Assembly: GCA_963724295.1 (NCBI GenBank)
Contig: CAVRUC010000007.1
Location: 576,001-640,000 of the forward strand
Source of the DNA: an uncultured Chloroflexia bacterium
Lineage (GTDB): Bacteria; Chloroflexota; Chloroflexia; Thermomicrobiales; UBA6265
DNA length: 64,000 nucleotides
Direction: 5' to 3'
Shown here piece by piece: positions 29,708-39,851 of this stretch. Positions within the stretch are counted from its first letter, which is position 1; every line of letters begins with the position of its first letter. The notes under the pieces were generated by a model. That model searched no databases and was not told where the DNA came from. It worked only from the letters and a program-made list of their open reading frames with translations. The position numbers and the translations under genes are program-made.

Positions 29708-30211
29708 ATGGCAACCAGAACTTCTTCCACGAACGCTGTCGCCGCAACCGACCGTGGCCGGGGCGACCGCGTAGTCACCAGCAACCGGCGCGCATTCCAT
29801 GATTTTCACATCCTGGAGTCAGTCGAGGCCGGCATCGTCCTGACCGGCACCGAGATCAAGTCGATCCGGGATGGGAAAGCGACCATCGCCGAAGCCTACG
29901 CGCGCTTCGAGAACGGCGAGCTGTGGCTTGTCGGCTCGAATGTCGCGCCCTACAGCCATGGCAATCGAGCCAATCATGAGTCTGACCGGCCACGCAAACT
30001 CCTGGTCCATCGCCGGGAAATGGAACGGTTGCGCACGGCGGTCGAGCAGAAAGGTCTGACGCTCGTACCGCTGCGGCTCCACTTGAAAAAGGGGCTGGCA
30101 AAGCTCGACGTCGGCGTCGCGCGGGGCAAGAAGCTCTACGATAAGCGAACCGCCGACGCGGACCGGCAGGCGAGACGCGACGTGGAGCGAGCCTTACGAG
30201 GCCGGGAGTAG
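29708..30211 (+). CDS. smpB: SsrA-binding protein
   Basis: NRRAFHDF, EAGIVLTGTEIKSIR, RKLLVH, GKKLYDKR. Confidence 0.97.
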   Translation: MATRTSSTNAVAATDRGRGDRVVTSNRRAFHDFHILESVEAGIVLTGTEIKSIRDGKATIAEAYARFENGELWLVGSNVAPYSHGNRANHESDRPRKLLVHRREMERLRTAVEQKGLTLVPLRLHLKKGLAKLDVGVARGKKLYDKRTADADRQARRDVERALRGRE

Positions 30212-30232
30212 CCGCGGCGGGAGCCGCAATCG

Positions 30233-30715
30233 ATGCTCGTGCACATCGTGCTGATGCGGTTGCGGCCCGGTGTGCCCGGCGCCGCGCTTGGTGATCTCGA
30301 GCGCCGCGTGCGCGATCTCGCCGAATCGGTGGCCGGCCCGGATTACTGCGTGGTCGGTCCAAACATCACGGAAGAGCCTTTATCGCAAGAGTTCGAGTTC
30401 GGGTTCGTTCTGAGATTCGCCAGCCGCGCCGAGCTCGACGCCTACCACGTGAATCCGGCGCACCTTCCGATCAGCCTGGCCATTCGAGACATGTCTCGCA
30501 CGGTCCTCGTCTTCGATCTTGCCTTGCGGCGTAGCGCCACAACCGACGATCATCGGCTGCGACGGACGATCGTTGCCGCCAGCGCTCCGGCCGCCGCTGC
30601 CGCCAGGAGCATCGCCAGCGGCACGATAGCGGCCGTCGGCGGCGGATCGGTCCGCATCCCACCATTGCGCATGATGGCGCGGCCGATGCCGATCAGCAGG
30701 TGCACCGGCAGGTAG
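30233..30715 (+). CDS. Dabb/stress-responsive A/B barrel protein; true end probably near 30535
   Basis: HIVLMRL, F.SRAELDAYHVNPAH, VLVFD; the extension overlaps the convergent gene. Confidence 0.72.
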   Translation: MLVHIVLMRLRPGVPGAALGDLERRVRDLAESVAGPDYCVVGPNITEEPLSQEFEFGFVLRFASRAELDAYHVNPAHLPISLAIRDMSRTVLVFDLALRRSATTDDHRLRRTIVAASAPAAAAARSIASGTIAAVGGGSVRIPPLRMMARPMPISRCTGR

Positions 30716-31086
30716 ATCGCCGGCACCAGCAGCGCCCAGGCGCCGGTCCGGTCGCCGGCGGCGAAGACGGCCACCGCCCCCGCCAGCGCGAACCAGACGA
30801 CGACCTCGACGAGGCCACTGGGCCGCACGATCGCGCCGAGGATCAAGCCGCCGGCGATGGCAGCCGCCCATCCCAATAGACGGCGTTGCGCAGACGGGAG
30901 AGAAACCGCCAGGAACACCCCGGACACCAACCAGAGCACCGCGCCGATCGGGTTCAGCAGACGTGCCGTCGTGCCCCCGACGACGATTGCCAGGCCGACG
31001 ATCGCCGCTGCCAGGACGAGTCCAGCGGCCGCCGTTCGCCAGGCGGCTGGATCATTTCGGCCGAGATGGAGCGGTTTCAGCGTCAT
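30550..31086 (-). CDS. Hypothetical membrane protein
   Basis: Several hydrophobic segments. Confidence 0.65.
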   Translation of the reverse strand: MTLKPLHLGRNDPAAWRTAAAGLVLAAAIVGLAIVVGGTTARLLNPIGAVLWLVSGVFLAVSLPSAQRRLLGWAAAIAGGLILGAIVRPSGLVEVVVWFALAGAVAVFAAGDRTGAWALLVPAIYLPVHLLIGIGRAIMRNGGMRTDPPPTAAIVPLAMLLAAAAAGALAATIVRRSR

Positions 31087-31178
31087 GAAGCGGTCTCCCA
31101 TACATCGCTACTGACGGAGTTTCGCGTCAAAAGCTGCCGTACGGGACTGGTATACTTCAGCGCGCACGGGCCGCACAT

Positions 31179-31254
31179 GCCCTCGTAGCTCAACGGATAG
31201 AGCGTCTGGCTTCGGACCAGAAGGTTGGGGGTTCGAGTCCCTCCGAGGGTACCA
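31179..31254 (+). tRNA. tRNA-Arg (anticodon UCG)
   Basis: Acceptor GCCCTCG/CGAGGGT, anticodon arm TCTGG-CTTCGGA-CCAGA, T-loop GTTCGAG, encoded CCA; TATACT upstream. Confidence 0.95.
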
Positions 31255-31267
31255 CCCAGTTTAAGCA

Positions 31268-31548
31268 TGGTAATGCCGAGAATAAGGCGGCCGGGCATCG
31301 CCCACTGCACCGATCGGATCACCTGCGACCGCGCGGCGGCGATGCTCGGCGGTGATCCAGTCTGCCTGCACCGTGCCGCCTACTGGTACGCCCAAGGCGT
31401 GTTGGAACTGGACCCGGAGCCCCCGGCTTCGGCCACTTCGGTCCTCTGCTTCCGCTGTCGCGGCGCGGAGGCTGGCTGCCCTGTCTGTCAGGGCACGGGT
31501 GTGGCGTCCCTTAGCACGCAAGCGGCAGCATTGCGGGCGGCCGCCTGA
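31268..31548 (+). CDS. Possible small zinc-finger protein
   Basis: CFRCRGAEAGCPVCQGTG (CxxC...CxxCxGxG); start uncertain. Confidence 0.4.
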
Positions 31549-31621
31549 GCCAGTACGAGCGCACCGGCAGGATAGTCCTCGGTTTCGGCCCAGGTGGCCG
31601 CTTCGTGACACAGCTACCACC

Positions 31622-31651
31622 CCCAGGGCCGGGAGTCTTCCCGGCCCTGGG
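31622..31651. terminator. Hairpin between convergent ORFs
   Basis: CCCAGGGCCGGGA-GTCT-TCCCGGCCCTGGG. Confidence 0.65.
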
Positions 31652-31661
31652 TGTGTGCGGG

Positions 31662-32210
31662 CTATGCCGCTGGCGTGACCGTAGCGCTACTGCCCGGAGT
31701 AGGATATTGGTCGAACGTCACGCGCGTGGCCGGTGCCAGCGTGAGCGACCCGGCGTAGAGCGGACCTCCGAGGGAGTCCGCTGACGCGTCCCGTGTATCG
31801 TAGATGCCATCGAACGATAGCGTGTTCCCAGTCTCGTCAATGGTGACCGTTTCCAGATACGTGATGGTGCCGATTTCTTCACCTTCGGGAGTGGCATTCG
31901 TCTCGGTGCCAACCGGCAATAGTTCAATCAGCACCAACTCGGCGGTGCGCTCTCCGGCTGGACGCCAGATACCGAGCGCCACCCCGGTAGCGCCTCGTCG
32001 CCACAACCGTGCCGTCCGCGTGGAAGACTACAAAGCCTGTTGCGGCGGGACTCTCGAGGTCATGTTGTTGCCAGGTGCCGACGAGTGAGTGGGATGTCAT
32101 GGCAATGCTGGTATCCGGGTGGCCTCCTCCGCGATAACGCCCTGCCCCGTCCCGGCGACGAGGACAAGCGAGAGCATGACTACGGCGAGGCAGAGAGCAG
32201 GTCGAGGCAT
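31662..32210 (-). pseudogene. Secreted beta-rich protein interrupted by two frameshifts (or assembly errors)
   Basis: Signal peptide MPRPALCLAVVMLSLVLVAG..AEEAT(P), then SHSLVGTW..VFHADGT, then GIWRPAGERTA, in three different frames. Confidence 0.6.
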
Positions 32211-32441
32211 GATGACCCTCCGAGGCTTCTGGAGTCATGCGCTCCCTTGCTGGGTTCCCGGCCTTCTGGGCTTCCGTGAGGAGGCGCATATGTCTAGGGA
32301 GGGAGACGTGATGAATCCAAACCGTGTTGCACAACCCACTCAGCCGCCTGCACTTGATAGTCGAGCAGGCGGTTGAGTGGGTCCAATCCGTCCCATGCCA
32401 AGGGGCGAGCTGTGACCGAGAGCACCGTGTGACGGCCCCGC

Positions 32442-32660
32442 CTATCGAGCGTCGCCGGTGGACGAGGATGCGGACAGATGCGTTGCTGACGTGCCCCGCT
32501 CAGCAGTAACTGCCGCCGAAGTGCCCGCCTCATGATCGACAAGGACGGTACCGCCGAACAGCATGGCGATTGCGAGGCCAAACACGAAGAGGAGTACCTG
32601 CGCGCCTCGCAGCACGTCCTTGTCCCAGGCAAATGACATCGTAGTCGGATGCGGCATCAT
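32442..32660 (-). CDS. Small secreted or membrane protein (72 aa)
   Basis: SD AGGAGG; hydrophobic VLLFVFGLAIAMLFGG followed by a Ser/Thr-rich tail. Confidence 0.6.
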   Translation of the reverse strand: MMPHPTTMSFAWDKDVLRGAQVLLFVFGLAIAMLFGGTVLVDHEAGTSAAVTAERGTSATHLSASSSTGDAR

Positions 32661-32871
32661 GGCAACCTCCTGTCGCGTGCTCACCGGCGGTCTACGTGTT
32701 CGAGATCCCGGTTCGCCGATGTGCATTCACCTTAGGAGCCGGTCCAGCCGCTGAACATGCGCAGAGCACGCGGACGTGAACGCAGTTCGGCACTGCGTGC
32801 ATTGCGTCCCTGCAGAGCGCTTCCTACAATCGAGCCAGTCCGGCTGACGCCTCATTTGATTCGATCTGTGC

Positions 32872-35229
32872 TTGGGAGTCGCCGTGGATGCGGGCGAACG
32901 CACCGCCCCCCTACTGTTTGGCGATTTGCTGCGTCAACATCGCCTGGCGGCAGGTCTAACCCAGGAGGAGTTGGCCGAACGCGCCGGCTTGAGCCGCCGC
33001 GGCATCAGTGATCTCGAGCGGACCGCTCGCAGCCATCCCTATCGCGAAACGGTGAGGGCACTCGCCGACGCTCTCGATCTGACTGGCAGTGAACGATCTG
33101 CCTTTTTCATGGCAGCGAAGCGCCCAGTCCGCCGCAACCCGGTGCGGCGTGGCAGCCTCACTGCGCTTCCGCTTCCCCTTGCGCCCTTGATCGGTCGCGG
33201 CGAGGAGCGGTCCGCAGTGCGCCATCTTCTACTCGACGACGCGGTTCGCTTGGTGACTCTGACGGGACCAGGAGGAGTGGGCAAGACCCGTCTGGCGCTT
33301 GGGGTCGCGAAGGAGATGGACGACGCGTTCACCGACGGGCTGGTATTTGTCGATCTCGCTCCCATCCGCGACCCGTCCCTGGTGCTATCGCATGTGGCTG
33401 CAACCCTTGGGCTTCGGGAATCTGCCGAACGAGCGTTCCCTGCGGTCATCCACGACTTCCTGCGCGAGCGAGAGATGCTGCTCGTCCTGGACAACTTCGA
33501 GCATGTGCTCCCGGCCGCGCCGGTTGTTGCTGACCTGCTGATGGCCGGACCGAACGTGAAGATCCTGACGACGAGTCGTGCTCCGCTGCGCCTGCGGGGC
33601 GAGCGGGAATACCCGGTGCCCACGTTGCGCCTCCCCAGCAAAGAGGACAGCCGCGATCTCAAGGTATTGGCCGCAAGTGAGGCGACCGCCTTCTTCATTG
33701 ATCGGGCGCAAGCCGTACGCCCGGACTTTTGCCTCGACGCCGATAATGCCTCGGCCATCGCCGAGATCTGCGCCCGCCTCGATGGGCTGCCGCTCGCGCT
33801 CGAACTGGCCGCGGCGCGAACCAAAGTTCTCGCTCCCTCAACCTTGCTGTCCCGCCTCGAGGTGCGGCTTCCAGTCCTGACAGGGGGCACGCGTGATGCT
33901 CCGGAGCGACAGCGGACGTTACGCGCCGCGATCGCCTGGAGCTACGACCTGCTCAGTCCTGACGCACGCAACCTCTTCCGTCGCCTCGGTGTCTTCATCG
34001 GTGGGTGGACACTGGAGGCGGCGGAGGCCGTGGCCAATCTCGAGGGTGATCTCGATGTTCTCGAGGGGCTCGCCGCGCTCGCGGACCTGAGTTTGCTTCG
34101 GATGGACGACAGTAGTCCCGAACTGCGCTACGGGATGCTGGAGACGATCCGCGAGTTCGCCGCAGAGCAGCTTGCCGCTAGCGGCGAGGAAGGCGCGCTG
34201 AAACAGGCGCATGCGGCCTATTTCCTCAATCTCGCCGAGGAAGGGAAGCCGTTCATGTACGGTGCTGGGCAACGCGTCTGGCTGCGGCGATTGGAGGCAG
34301 AGCATCCCAACTTCCGCTTGGCCCTCGCGACGCTAGCGGCGAGCGACGATGAGGCACACCTGCAGCTCGCGGCCAACCTGGGACTGTTCTGGTTCTTGCG
34401 TGCCCACTTTGTCGAGGGTCGAGCGCACCTGGAACATGCGCTGGCCGGCACGGTTTCACTTACGCCACAGCGCGCAGAAGCACTGCTTGGCATCGGTCGC
34501 ATCGCGGAGTGTCAGGGAGACCTGGAGGTGGCAGAAACGTGGCTGCGGCAAAGCGAAGAGCTGGCGCGAGCGCTCAAAGTCACGACGATTCTCTGGCAGG
34601 CGCTCTTCCAGCGCGGCGTTGTAGCGGAATGGGAGGGCGACGACGAGCGGGAGGTTCCGCTTTACGAGGCGGCCCTCGCCGTTGCCCGCGAGCTGAACGA
34701 TATCCAGGCCACGGGCGTCGTGCTCTACTCACTCGGTGATGCTGCCTACCGACGAGGCGATCTCGAGGCAGCCGAGCGACTCAGTGCGGAAGCCGTCGCG
34801 CTGGTCCGGACAGCAGGCGATGAGTGGGTGCTGAGCCTGGGCCTGACTACAGTTGGTGCGGTGGCGCTGGCGCACGGCGACACGTCCAGCGCTGCTGCCG
34901 CTTACCAGGAGGCCCTCGACCTGGGGTTGGGCGTCGATGCTGATTGGGCCATCGCCAGCGCGCTCGCTGGATTCGCCGCCGTTGCCGCGGCGCGTGGAGA
35001 GTTCACCACTGCCGCCCAGTTGCTAGGTGCTACCGAGACCTTGCGTAAAGCCAGCCACCAGCAGCGACTCACGAACTACATGCATCACGCCCAGACAACC
35101 CAAGCCGTGCGCGCGGCACTGAGCGAGTCGGCATTCACGGCTGCTTGGAATTCTGGCTGCGGCGTGCCGTGGGAGGATGCAGTCGACCTCCCGCGAGCCC
35201 TAGGGCTTTACGCGGAGAGCGCACCCTGA
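32872..35229 (+). CDS. XRE-HTH / STAND (NB-ARC-like) ATPase / TPR transcriptional regulator
   Basis: [57 protein letters not shown]-like helical C-terminus. Confidence 0.9.
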   Translation: MGVAVDAGERTAPLLFGDLLRQHRLAAGLTQEELAERAGLSRRGISDLERTARSHPYRETVRALADALDLTGSERSAFFMAAKRPVRRNPVRRGSLTALPLPLAPLIGRGEERSAVRHLLLDDAVRLVTLTGPGGVGKTRLALGVAKEMDDAFTDGLVFVDLAPIRDPSLVLSHVAATLGLRESAERAFPAVIHDFLREREMLLVLDNFEHVLPAAPVVADLLMAGPNVKILTTSRAPLRLRGEREYPVPTLRLPSKEDSRDLKVLAASEATAFFIDRAQAVRPDFCLDADNASAIAEICARLDGLPLALELAAARTKVLAPSTLLSRLEVRLPVLTGGTRDAPERQRTLRAAIAWSYDLLSPDARNLFRRLGVFIGGWTLEAAEAVANLEGDLDVLEGLAALADLSLLRMDDSSPELRYGMLETIREFAAEQLAASGEEGALKQAHAAYFLNLAEEGKPFMYGAGQRVWLRRLEAEHPNFRLALATLAASDDEAHLQLAANLGLFWFLRAHFVEGRAHLEHALAGTVSLTPQRAEALLGIGRIAECQGDLEVAETWLRQSEELARALKVTTILWQALFQRGVVAEWEGDDEREVPLYEAALAVARELNDIQATGVVLYSLGDAAYRRGDLEAAERLSAEAVALVRTAGDEWVLSLGLTTVGAVALAHGDTSSAAAAYQEALDLGLGVDADWAIASALAGFAAVAAARGEFTTAAQLLGATETLRKASHQQRLTNYMHHAQTTQAVRAALSESAFTAAWNSGCGVPWEDAVDLPRALGLYAESAP

Positions 35230-35346
35230 GGGAGAGCGTAAAGGGGGGTCCCCACCCTCGCTTCGCATCTAGCCAGTACCATCGCTCAGGCAGTAGTCGA
35301 TCCAAGCCTCGGCGGCCGCGCCCTGCAGGATGCCCTGCTATCCCAA

Positions 35347-35685
35347 TTACTGACGAAGGGTCTCGGAGTGTTCCTGGTTGAGCAGCAGTAGCCACATCAG
35401 GATTTCTTCGTCGCTCATCGCCTCCGGGTCGAGGTCATCCCAGCCGTAAGCGGTCCACACGGCGCGATCGAGCGTCTCATGCGCGGCGGCCAGCCATGCC
35501 GGACGGGCGTGGTAGAGGTTGGTCAGCGTTCGCGTCTTCAGTTCGGCTTCGGAGGCGTCGGGCGGGTTCAGCCACTGCTCACGCAGGTCGTTCGGCTCGT
35601 GCGCGGCGTCAGCAATAGCGTGCAGCCGCGGATCGCGCCATTCCTCCTGCGCCAGCGGACAGGGAAGGGGAAGGTTTCGAAGCAA
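35347..35685 (-). pseudogene. C-terminal fragment of a MmeI/YeeA-like restriction-modification enzyme
   Basis: LREQWLNPP..ELKTRTLTNLY..RPAWL..AH..LDRAV..AYGW...SDEEIL..LL.LN is the characteristic tail; no upstream methyltransferase domain. Confidence 0.75.
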
Positions 35686-35729
35686 ATCGTCGGGGTGTAG
35701 CGGGGCCGATCAAGCCGATTGGAGCTGAC

Positions 35730-36326
35730 ATGGACGCAACGGAGGTTGTCGCGCTCGTTGGCGTGTGTGCGGCCGTAATCGGCTACTTCGTTAAGTACTG
35801 GACAGACCTGAAAATCGAGCAGCGTAACGATCGCCTCGAACGGATCAACCGTCAGCTGAATGAATTCTACGGCCCGCTTCTAGCCCTCACCCGATCGAGC
35901 GGCGAGTCCTGGCAAGCATTCCGGAAGCGCTACCGGCCCGGTGGCGGGTCGTTCTGGAAGAGCGATCCCCCACCGACGAGGGAAGACGCGGTTGCCTGGC
36001 GGCTATGGATGACCACCGTATTCATGCCCTTGCATCAGCGCATGGTGGAGCTCGTGCTCGATAACGCCGCCCTCATTGAAGAGCCCGAGATGCCACCGTG
36101 CCTGCTGGCCATGTGCGCCCATGTTGCTGGCTACCAGGCGGTGCTGAAGGAATGGGAAACGGGCGAGATCTCCGTTGCACGGGAAGACAACATCTCGATC
36201 GTGAATTTCCCGGGTGAAGAACTGGCCGACTATGCGGCCGCCGCGTTCAGCCGGCTGAAGGCCGAGCAGGCCAGTCTTCTCGGATCGACAACCATGACAG
36301 GCTCATCGGCGAAGCGAGCCAGGTAG
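35730..36326 (+). CDS. Hypothetical protein with an N-terminal TM helix
   Basis: SD GGAG; 198 aa; QLNEFYGPL. Confidence 0.75.
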   Translation: MDATEVVALVGVCAAVIGYFVKYWTDLKIEQRNDRLERINRQLNEFYGPLLALTRSSGESWQAFRKRYRPGGGSFWKSDPPPTREDAVAWRLWMTTVFMPLHQRMVELVLDNAALIEEPEMPPCLLAMCAHVAGYQAVLKEWETGEISVAREDNISIVNFPGEELADYAAAAFSRLKAEQASLLGSTTMTGSSAKRAR

Positions 36327-36519
36327 GGCTCATCCAGCGGGATTGGTGTCGCCGAAAACCCGCTTGTGCTCGTCATCGACGATGAAGCTTGCTCGTTCGG
36401 GTAAGATCATGGCGCGAAACGTCCCGGTGCGCGGGTCGGCATTGATCTTGCACCGGACCGTGTGCTGTCTGACGTGCAGCTGTCAGAGTCGTCGATCGGT
36501 CGAATGAAAGGAGCGCCTT

Positions 36520-37050
36520 ATGCGCCGAGTGTCCGCCGTTGCCTTGCTGATCCCATTGGTCTTCACCCTCATTGCCAGTCAAGGCATGAACCCGAGCACA
36601 AGCGCCCAGGATGCCACGCCACCGGTCGATCAGCAGGCGGGCGCTCCCGAGGGTGTGACATTGGTGACCCTCGCCTCCGGAACAATTGATGTCTTGTCGC
36701 CCGGCACGGCAAACATTGCGTTTGGGCGCGTCAGGGTTGCACCCGGGGCCACGGTCCCCTTTGACCCAGCGGATCCCACGGTGGACCTCGTGTACATAGG
36801 CTCCGGAGCGTTGACCTTGCGGGTAGACGCCCCGATGTCGGTGGCCCGAGGTGCGCAAGCCGGCACGCCGGCTCCGACGGAGCCGGAGGAAATTGCGGCC
36901 GGTACAGAGTTCACGATGAGCGAGGGCGACTCCGCCCTCTTCCCACCGAACGTGTCCGGTGAGTTGCGCAACGATGGTGAAGAGGACGCGGTGGCCTGGG
37001 TGACGAACGTGGCTCTGTTCACCAACGACGCCGGCACGCCGACTCCGTAG
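36520..37050 (+). CDS. Secreted cupin-domain protein
   Basis: Signal peptide plus AQDATP; LVYIGSGALT, GDSALFPPN..ELRNDG; SD AAGGAG. Confidence 0.82.
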   Translation: MRRVSAVALLIPLVFTLIASQGMNPSTSAQDATPPVDQQAGAPEGVTLVTLASGTIDVLSPGTANIAFGRVRVAPGATVPFDPADPTVDLVYIGSGALTLRVDAPMSVARGAQAGTPAPTEPEEIAAGTEFTMSEGDSALFPPNVSGELRNDGEEDAVAWVTNVALFTNDAGTPTP

Positions 37051-37060
37051 ACCAGAAGTC

Positions 37061-37102
37061 AAGCCGAGGGGCCTGGAGACATCCTCGCCCCTCGGCTTTT
37101 CT
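37061..37102 (+). terminator. Intrinsic terminator
   Basis: AAGCCGAGGGGC...GCCCCTCGGCTT followed by TTCTT. Confidence 0.7.
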
Positions 37103-37272
37103 TGGGATAGAGACAGGTCGCCAGACCCGACCAGCTTGTCTGGCGCGGGCTCCCTTGCTCGCTCGAGACGCGTAAGCCGCCGCGAGAGTCCCCATGACGA
37201 TATGATGCTGGTCCGCGTGTTGATCGACAGCGGGTGGTCATGGGGCGCTCGGCCCAGGCAGGGGATACCGGG

Positions 37273-37509
37273 ATGAGCGTGGACACGGATGACGACGTCG
37301 TGGTGGTAGCTCGGGTGCGGCTTTCCCTACAGGATGGGTCCGACGAGGAGTGGATGGTGCCCATGAAGCTCACCGACGATGCCCTCTCGTACCACGCGGC
37401 GATCTTTCCGCCGGAGGGTGCGGTCGTCGTGTCCGTCGATCCCCTGAAGCGGGAGGGCGCCGCCCGGCAGGATCTGGTCATCGCGCGCGCGGACATCACC
37501 AGCCTTTAG
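37273..37509 (+). CDS. Small hypothetical protein
   Basis: Stops 1 nt before the cinA start; acidic, beta-rich. Confidence 0.55.
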   Translation: MSVDTDDDVVVVARVRLSLQDGSDEEWMVPMKLTDDALSYHAAIFPPEGAVVVSVDPLKREGAARQDLVIARADITSL

Positions 37510-37510
37510 G

Positions 37511-38680
37511 ATGCGCGCCTACGTGCTTTCCATCGGCAGTGAGCTGATCGGCGGTCACCTCACGGATACCAATGCCACCTTCCTTGCCCAGGAGCTTGCC
37601 GCCAAGGGGATCGAGCTGCTGCATGTCATTCAGGTCGGCGACGATCTGGACCGTCTCAAGCGGACCCTGGCCGCCGCCGTCGCTGAGGCCGATCTGGTGG
37701 TCTGCACCGGAGGTATCGGTCCCACCGACGACGACCTCACACGTGAGGCCATCTGCGCCCTCACCGGCGAGAACCCGCTGGTCGATGAAGGGCTTGTCGC
37801 GGGCATCCGGGAGTTCTTCGCTCAACGTGGGTTGGAGATGCCGGAGCGAAACGCGAAGCAGGCCTGGGTCATCCCCAGCGCCGAGGTGCTACCCAATCCC
37901 GTGGGCACCGCGCCCGGTTGGCTAGCCCGAATCGACGATACGATGATCGTCGCGATGCCCGGCGTGCCCCGGGAGATGGTCCGCATGTGGCGCGAGCAGG
38001 CGCTCCCTCGCATCTCCGCTCGCCTGACCGGCCGGGTCTATCGCTCCGCGAATCTGCGCACGCTTGGCATCGGCGAGTCCGCCGTCTCGCAATTGCTCGA
38101 CGAGCTGACGCGCCGCCCCCAACCCTACATCGGCACCTATGCGAAGGATGACGGGGTCCACGTTCGCGTCACCGCCTCCGCCGATGACCCCGCGCAGGCG
38201 GAACGGGAGCTGTCTGAGACCGTCGCTGAAGTACGGCAGCGGCTCGGTGATTACCTCTACGCCGACGACGACCGCTCGCTGACGCAAGTCCTGCTCGACG
38301 CCCTGCGCGAGCGTGGGTTCACGATTGGCATTGCCGAGTCCGGAACTGGTGGCCGGTTCGCCTGCCTGCTTCTCTCCGAGCCGTCCGCGGCGGATGTCGT
38401 GCGCGGCACGGTTGCCGACGCTTCCGGTCAACCACCTGAATCCGCCGGTGACCTCGCGCGGAGCGCGCGGGAGCAGTTCAGCACCAGCGTCGGAGTCGGC
38501 ATCAAGGCGACGGCCGCTCCCGCAACCCAGGGCCTGTTCGAGGGAACGATCGACGTCGCGGTTTCCGGGGAGTGTGAGAGACAAGAGTCGTTTCCGATCC
38601 GGGCGGCGTTTCAGGAGATTCAGCGGCGAGCGGCAATGAATGCCGCCGACGTGCTGCGCAGGGCGCTGGCAGGAACTTGA
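37511..38680 (+). CDS. cinA: CinA family protein (MocF-like domain plus a shortened PncC domain)
   Basis: IGSELIGG..DTNA, GGIGPTDDDLTRE, N.KQA, GTAPG, PGVPREM, AESGTGG. Confidence 0.9.
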   Translation: MRAYVLSIGSELIGGHLTDTNATFLAQELAAKGIELLHVIQVGDDLDRLKRTLAAAVAEADLVVCTGGIGPTDDDLTREAICALTGENPLVDEGLVAGIREFFAQRGLEMPERNAKQAWVIPSAEVLPNPVGTAPGWLARIDDTMIVAMPGVPREMVRMWREQALPRISARLTGRVYRSANLRTLGIGESAVSQLLDELTRRPQPYIGTYAKDDGVHVRVTASADDPAQAERELSETVAEVRQRLGDYLYADDDRSLTQVLLDALRERGFTIGIAESGTGGRFACLLLSEPSAADVVRGTVADASGQPPESAGDLARSAREQFSTSVGVGIKATAAPATQGLFEGTIDVAVSGECERQESFPIRAAFQEIQRRAAMNAADVLRRALAGT

Positions 38681-38698
38681 TGCGGCGACATCATCTCG

Positions 38699-38800
38699 CG
38701 TCATCCCGAGGCATGAGGTTCTCGTCACCTACGGATGACGGGGTCGCGGGGTGGCAGGGTGGCAGGGGTCGTTCGTCGTTCTACCTGCCACCCTGCCACC
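38699..38800. repeat. REP-like CGTCATCC...GGATGACG hairpin plus an inverted GGTGGCAG x2 array
   Basis: Shares GTCATCCCGAGG with the 3294 element; GGTGGCAGGGTGGCAGG/CCTGCCACCCTGCCACC stem; between convergent genes. Confidence 0.65.
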
Positions 38801-38877
38801 ACGAGCGCAGCGAGTAATCACTCCGACACGAACTCCCAACTTCCGTCGCCGGACTGACTCGTCTTACGCCACGCGCT

Positions 38878-39360
38878 CTAACAGCCCTCGCCGGCTGACT
38901 CCAGTCGCCACCGGTCGATGAGATCGTGCTGCCTTGCCAGCATGCGCTGGCGCTGCTCCTCCGTGTCATCCCGCCAGCCGGCCAGATGCAGAAGACCGTG
39001 CACGACGAGAAAGGCGATCTCCTCGCCGGGCGAGTGACCCCACGCGGACCCCTGCGTCATGGCGTGGTCGACCGAGATCGCCAGCTCCCCGCCCTGAGCC
39101 TCGTCAGCGGAATCGCCGGCGGGAAACGTCATGATGTCGGTCGGCGTATCGATTCCCATGAAGTCCCGGTGGAGCGACTGCAAGCGCGCGTCGTCTACGA
39201 GGGCGACCGTGATCTCCCAGATCCCGGTCGCCCCTTCCGCGGCGAGGACGAACGCCGCCAGCGACTCCAGCTCGTCGCTGGCGACGCCCTGCGGGGCCTC
39301 CGCATCGGCGACCAGTGAGAAGGAGAGGTCCAGCCGCTGTGAGGCTGACCCACCCGTCAC
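38878..39360 (-). CDS. ybeY: rRNA maturation endoribonuclease YbeY
   Basis: PTDIMTF, GELAIS, VVHGLLHLAGWRD. Confidence 0.9.
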   Translation of the reverse strand: MTGGSASQRLDLSFSLVADAEAPQGVASDELESLAAFVLAAEGATGIWEITVALVDDARLQSLHRDFMGIDTPTDIMTFPAGDSADEAQGGELAISVDHAMTQGSAWGHSPGEEIAFLVVHGLLHLAGWRDDTEEQRQRMLARQHDLIDRWRLESAGEGC

Positions 39361-39812
39361 TGAGCGAGGGCGGTCTTCACGGCGGCGCTCACGCGCCGGC
39401 CATCGGCACGTCCCGCCACGCGCTGCATTGCGACCGGCATGACCCGCCCCATGTCCTTCGGCCCCGAGGCGCCGGTCTCGGCAACTGTCGCCGCGACGAG
39501 CGAGTTCAGCTCGTCGTCGGAGAGCTCGGCCGGCAGGTATCGCTTCAGCACCGCGAGCTGGGCGGCCTCGTGATCCGCGAGATCCTGTCTCCCCGCCGCC
39601 TCGTACTGCTCGATGGCATCGGCCAACTGCTTGCCGAGCCTCCGCAGCGCAGCCACCGGATCGGCTGCGGCGCCCGAGCCACGGGCATCGATCTCCGCGT
39701 TCTTCACGGCCGACAGGATGTAGCGAATAGCATCACGCGAGACCGTATCGCCGGCGCGCATCGCCGTTTTGAGATCGTCCTCGAGACGTTGTCGCACCGA
39801 TGATTCGGTCAT
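39357..39812 (-). CDS. GatB/YqeY domain protein
   Basis: DLKTAMRA, AGRQDLA, YLPAELS, KDMGRVM, GRADG. Confidence 0.92.
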   Translation of the reverse strand: MTESSVRQRLEDDLKTAMRAGDTVSRDAIRYILSAVKNAEIDARGSGAAADPVAALRRLGKQLADAIEQYEAAGRQDLADHEAAQLAVLKRYLPAELSDDELNSLVAATVAETGASGPKDMGRVMPVAMQRVAGRADGRRVSAAVKTALAQ

Positions 39813-39851
39813 CAGAACCTTCCACTCAACCTCGACTCGCCTGTCCCGGGC

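Noticed and set aside
30535..30715. 166-bp convergent overlap between the Dabb gene and the membrane protein gene
   Set aside because: The Dabb domain ends at VLVFD and an out-of-frame TAG lies just after; probably another indel rather than a real overlap
29708..31254. tmRNA gene next to smpB
   Set aside because: No GGGG...TCCACCA tRNA-like ends or tag reading frame found; the only RNA gene here is tRNA-Arg
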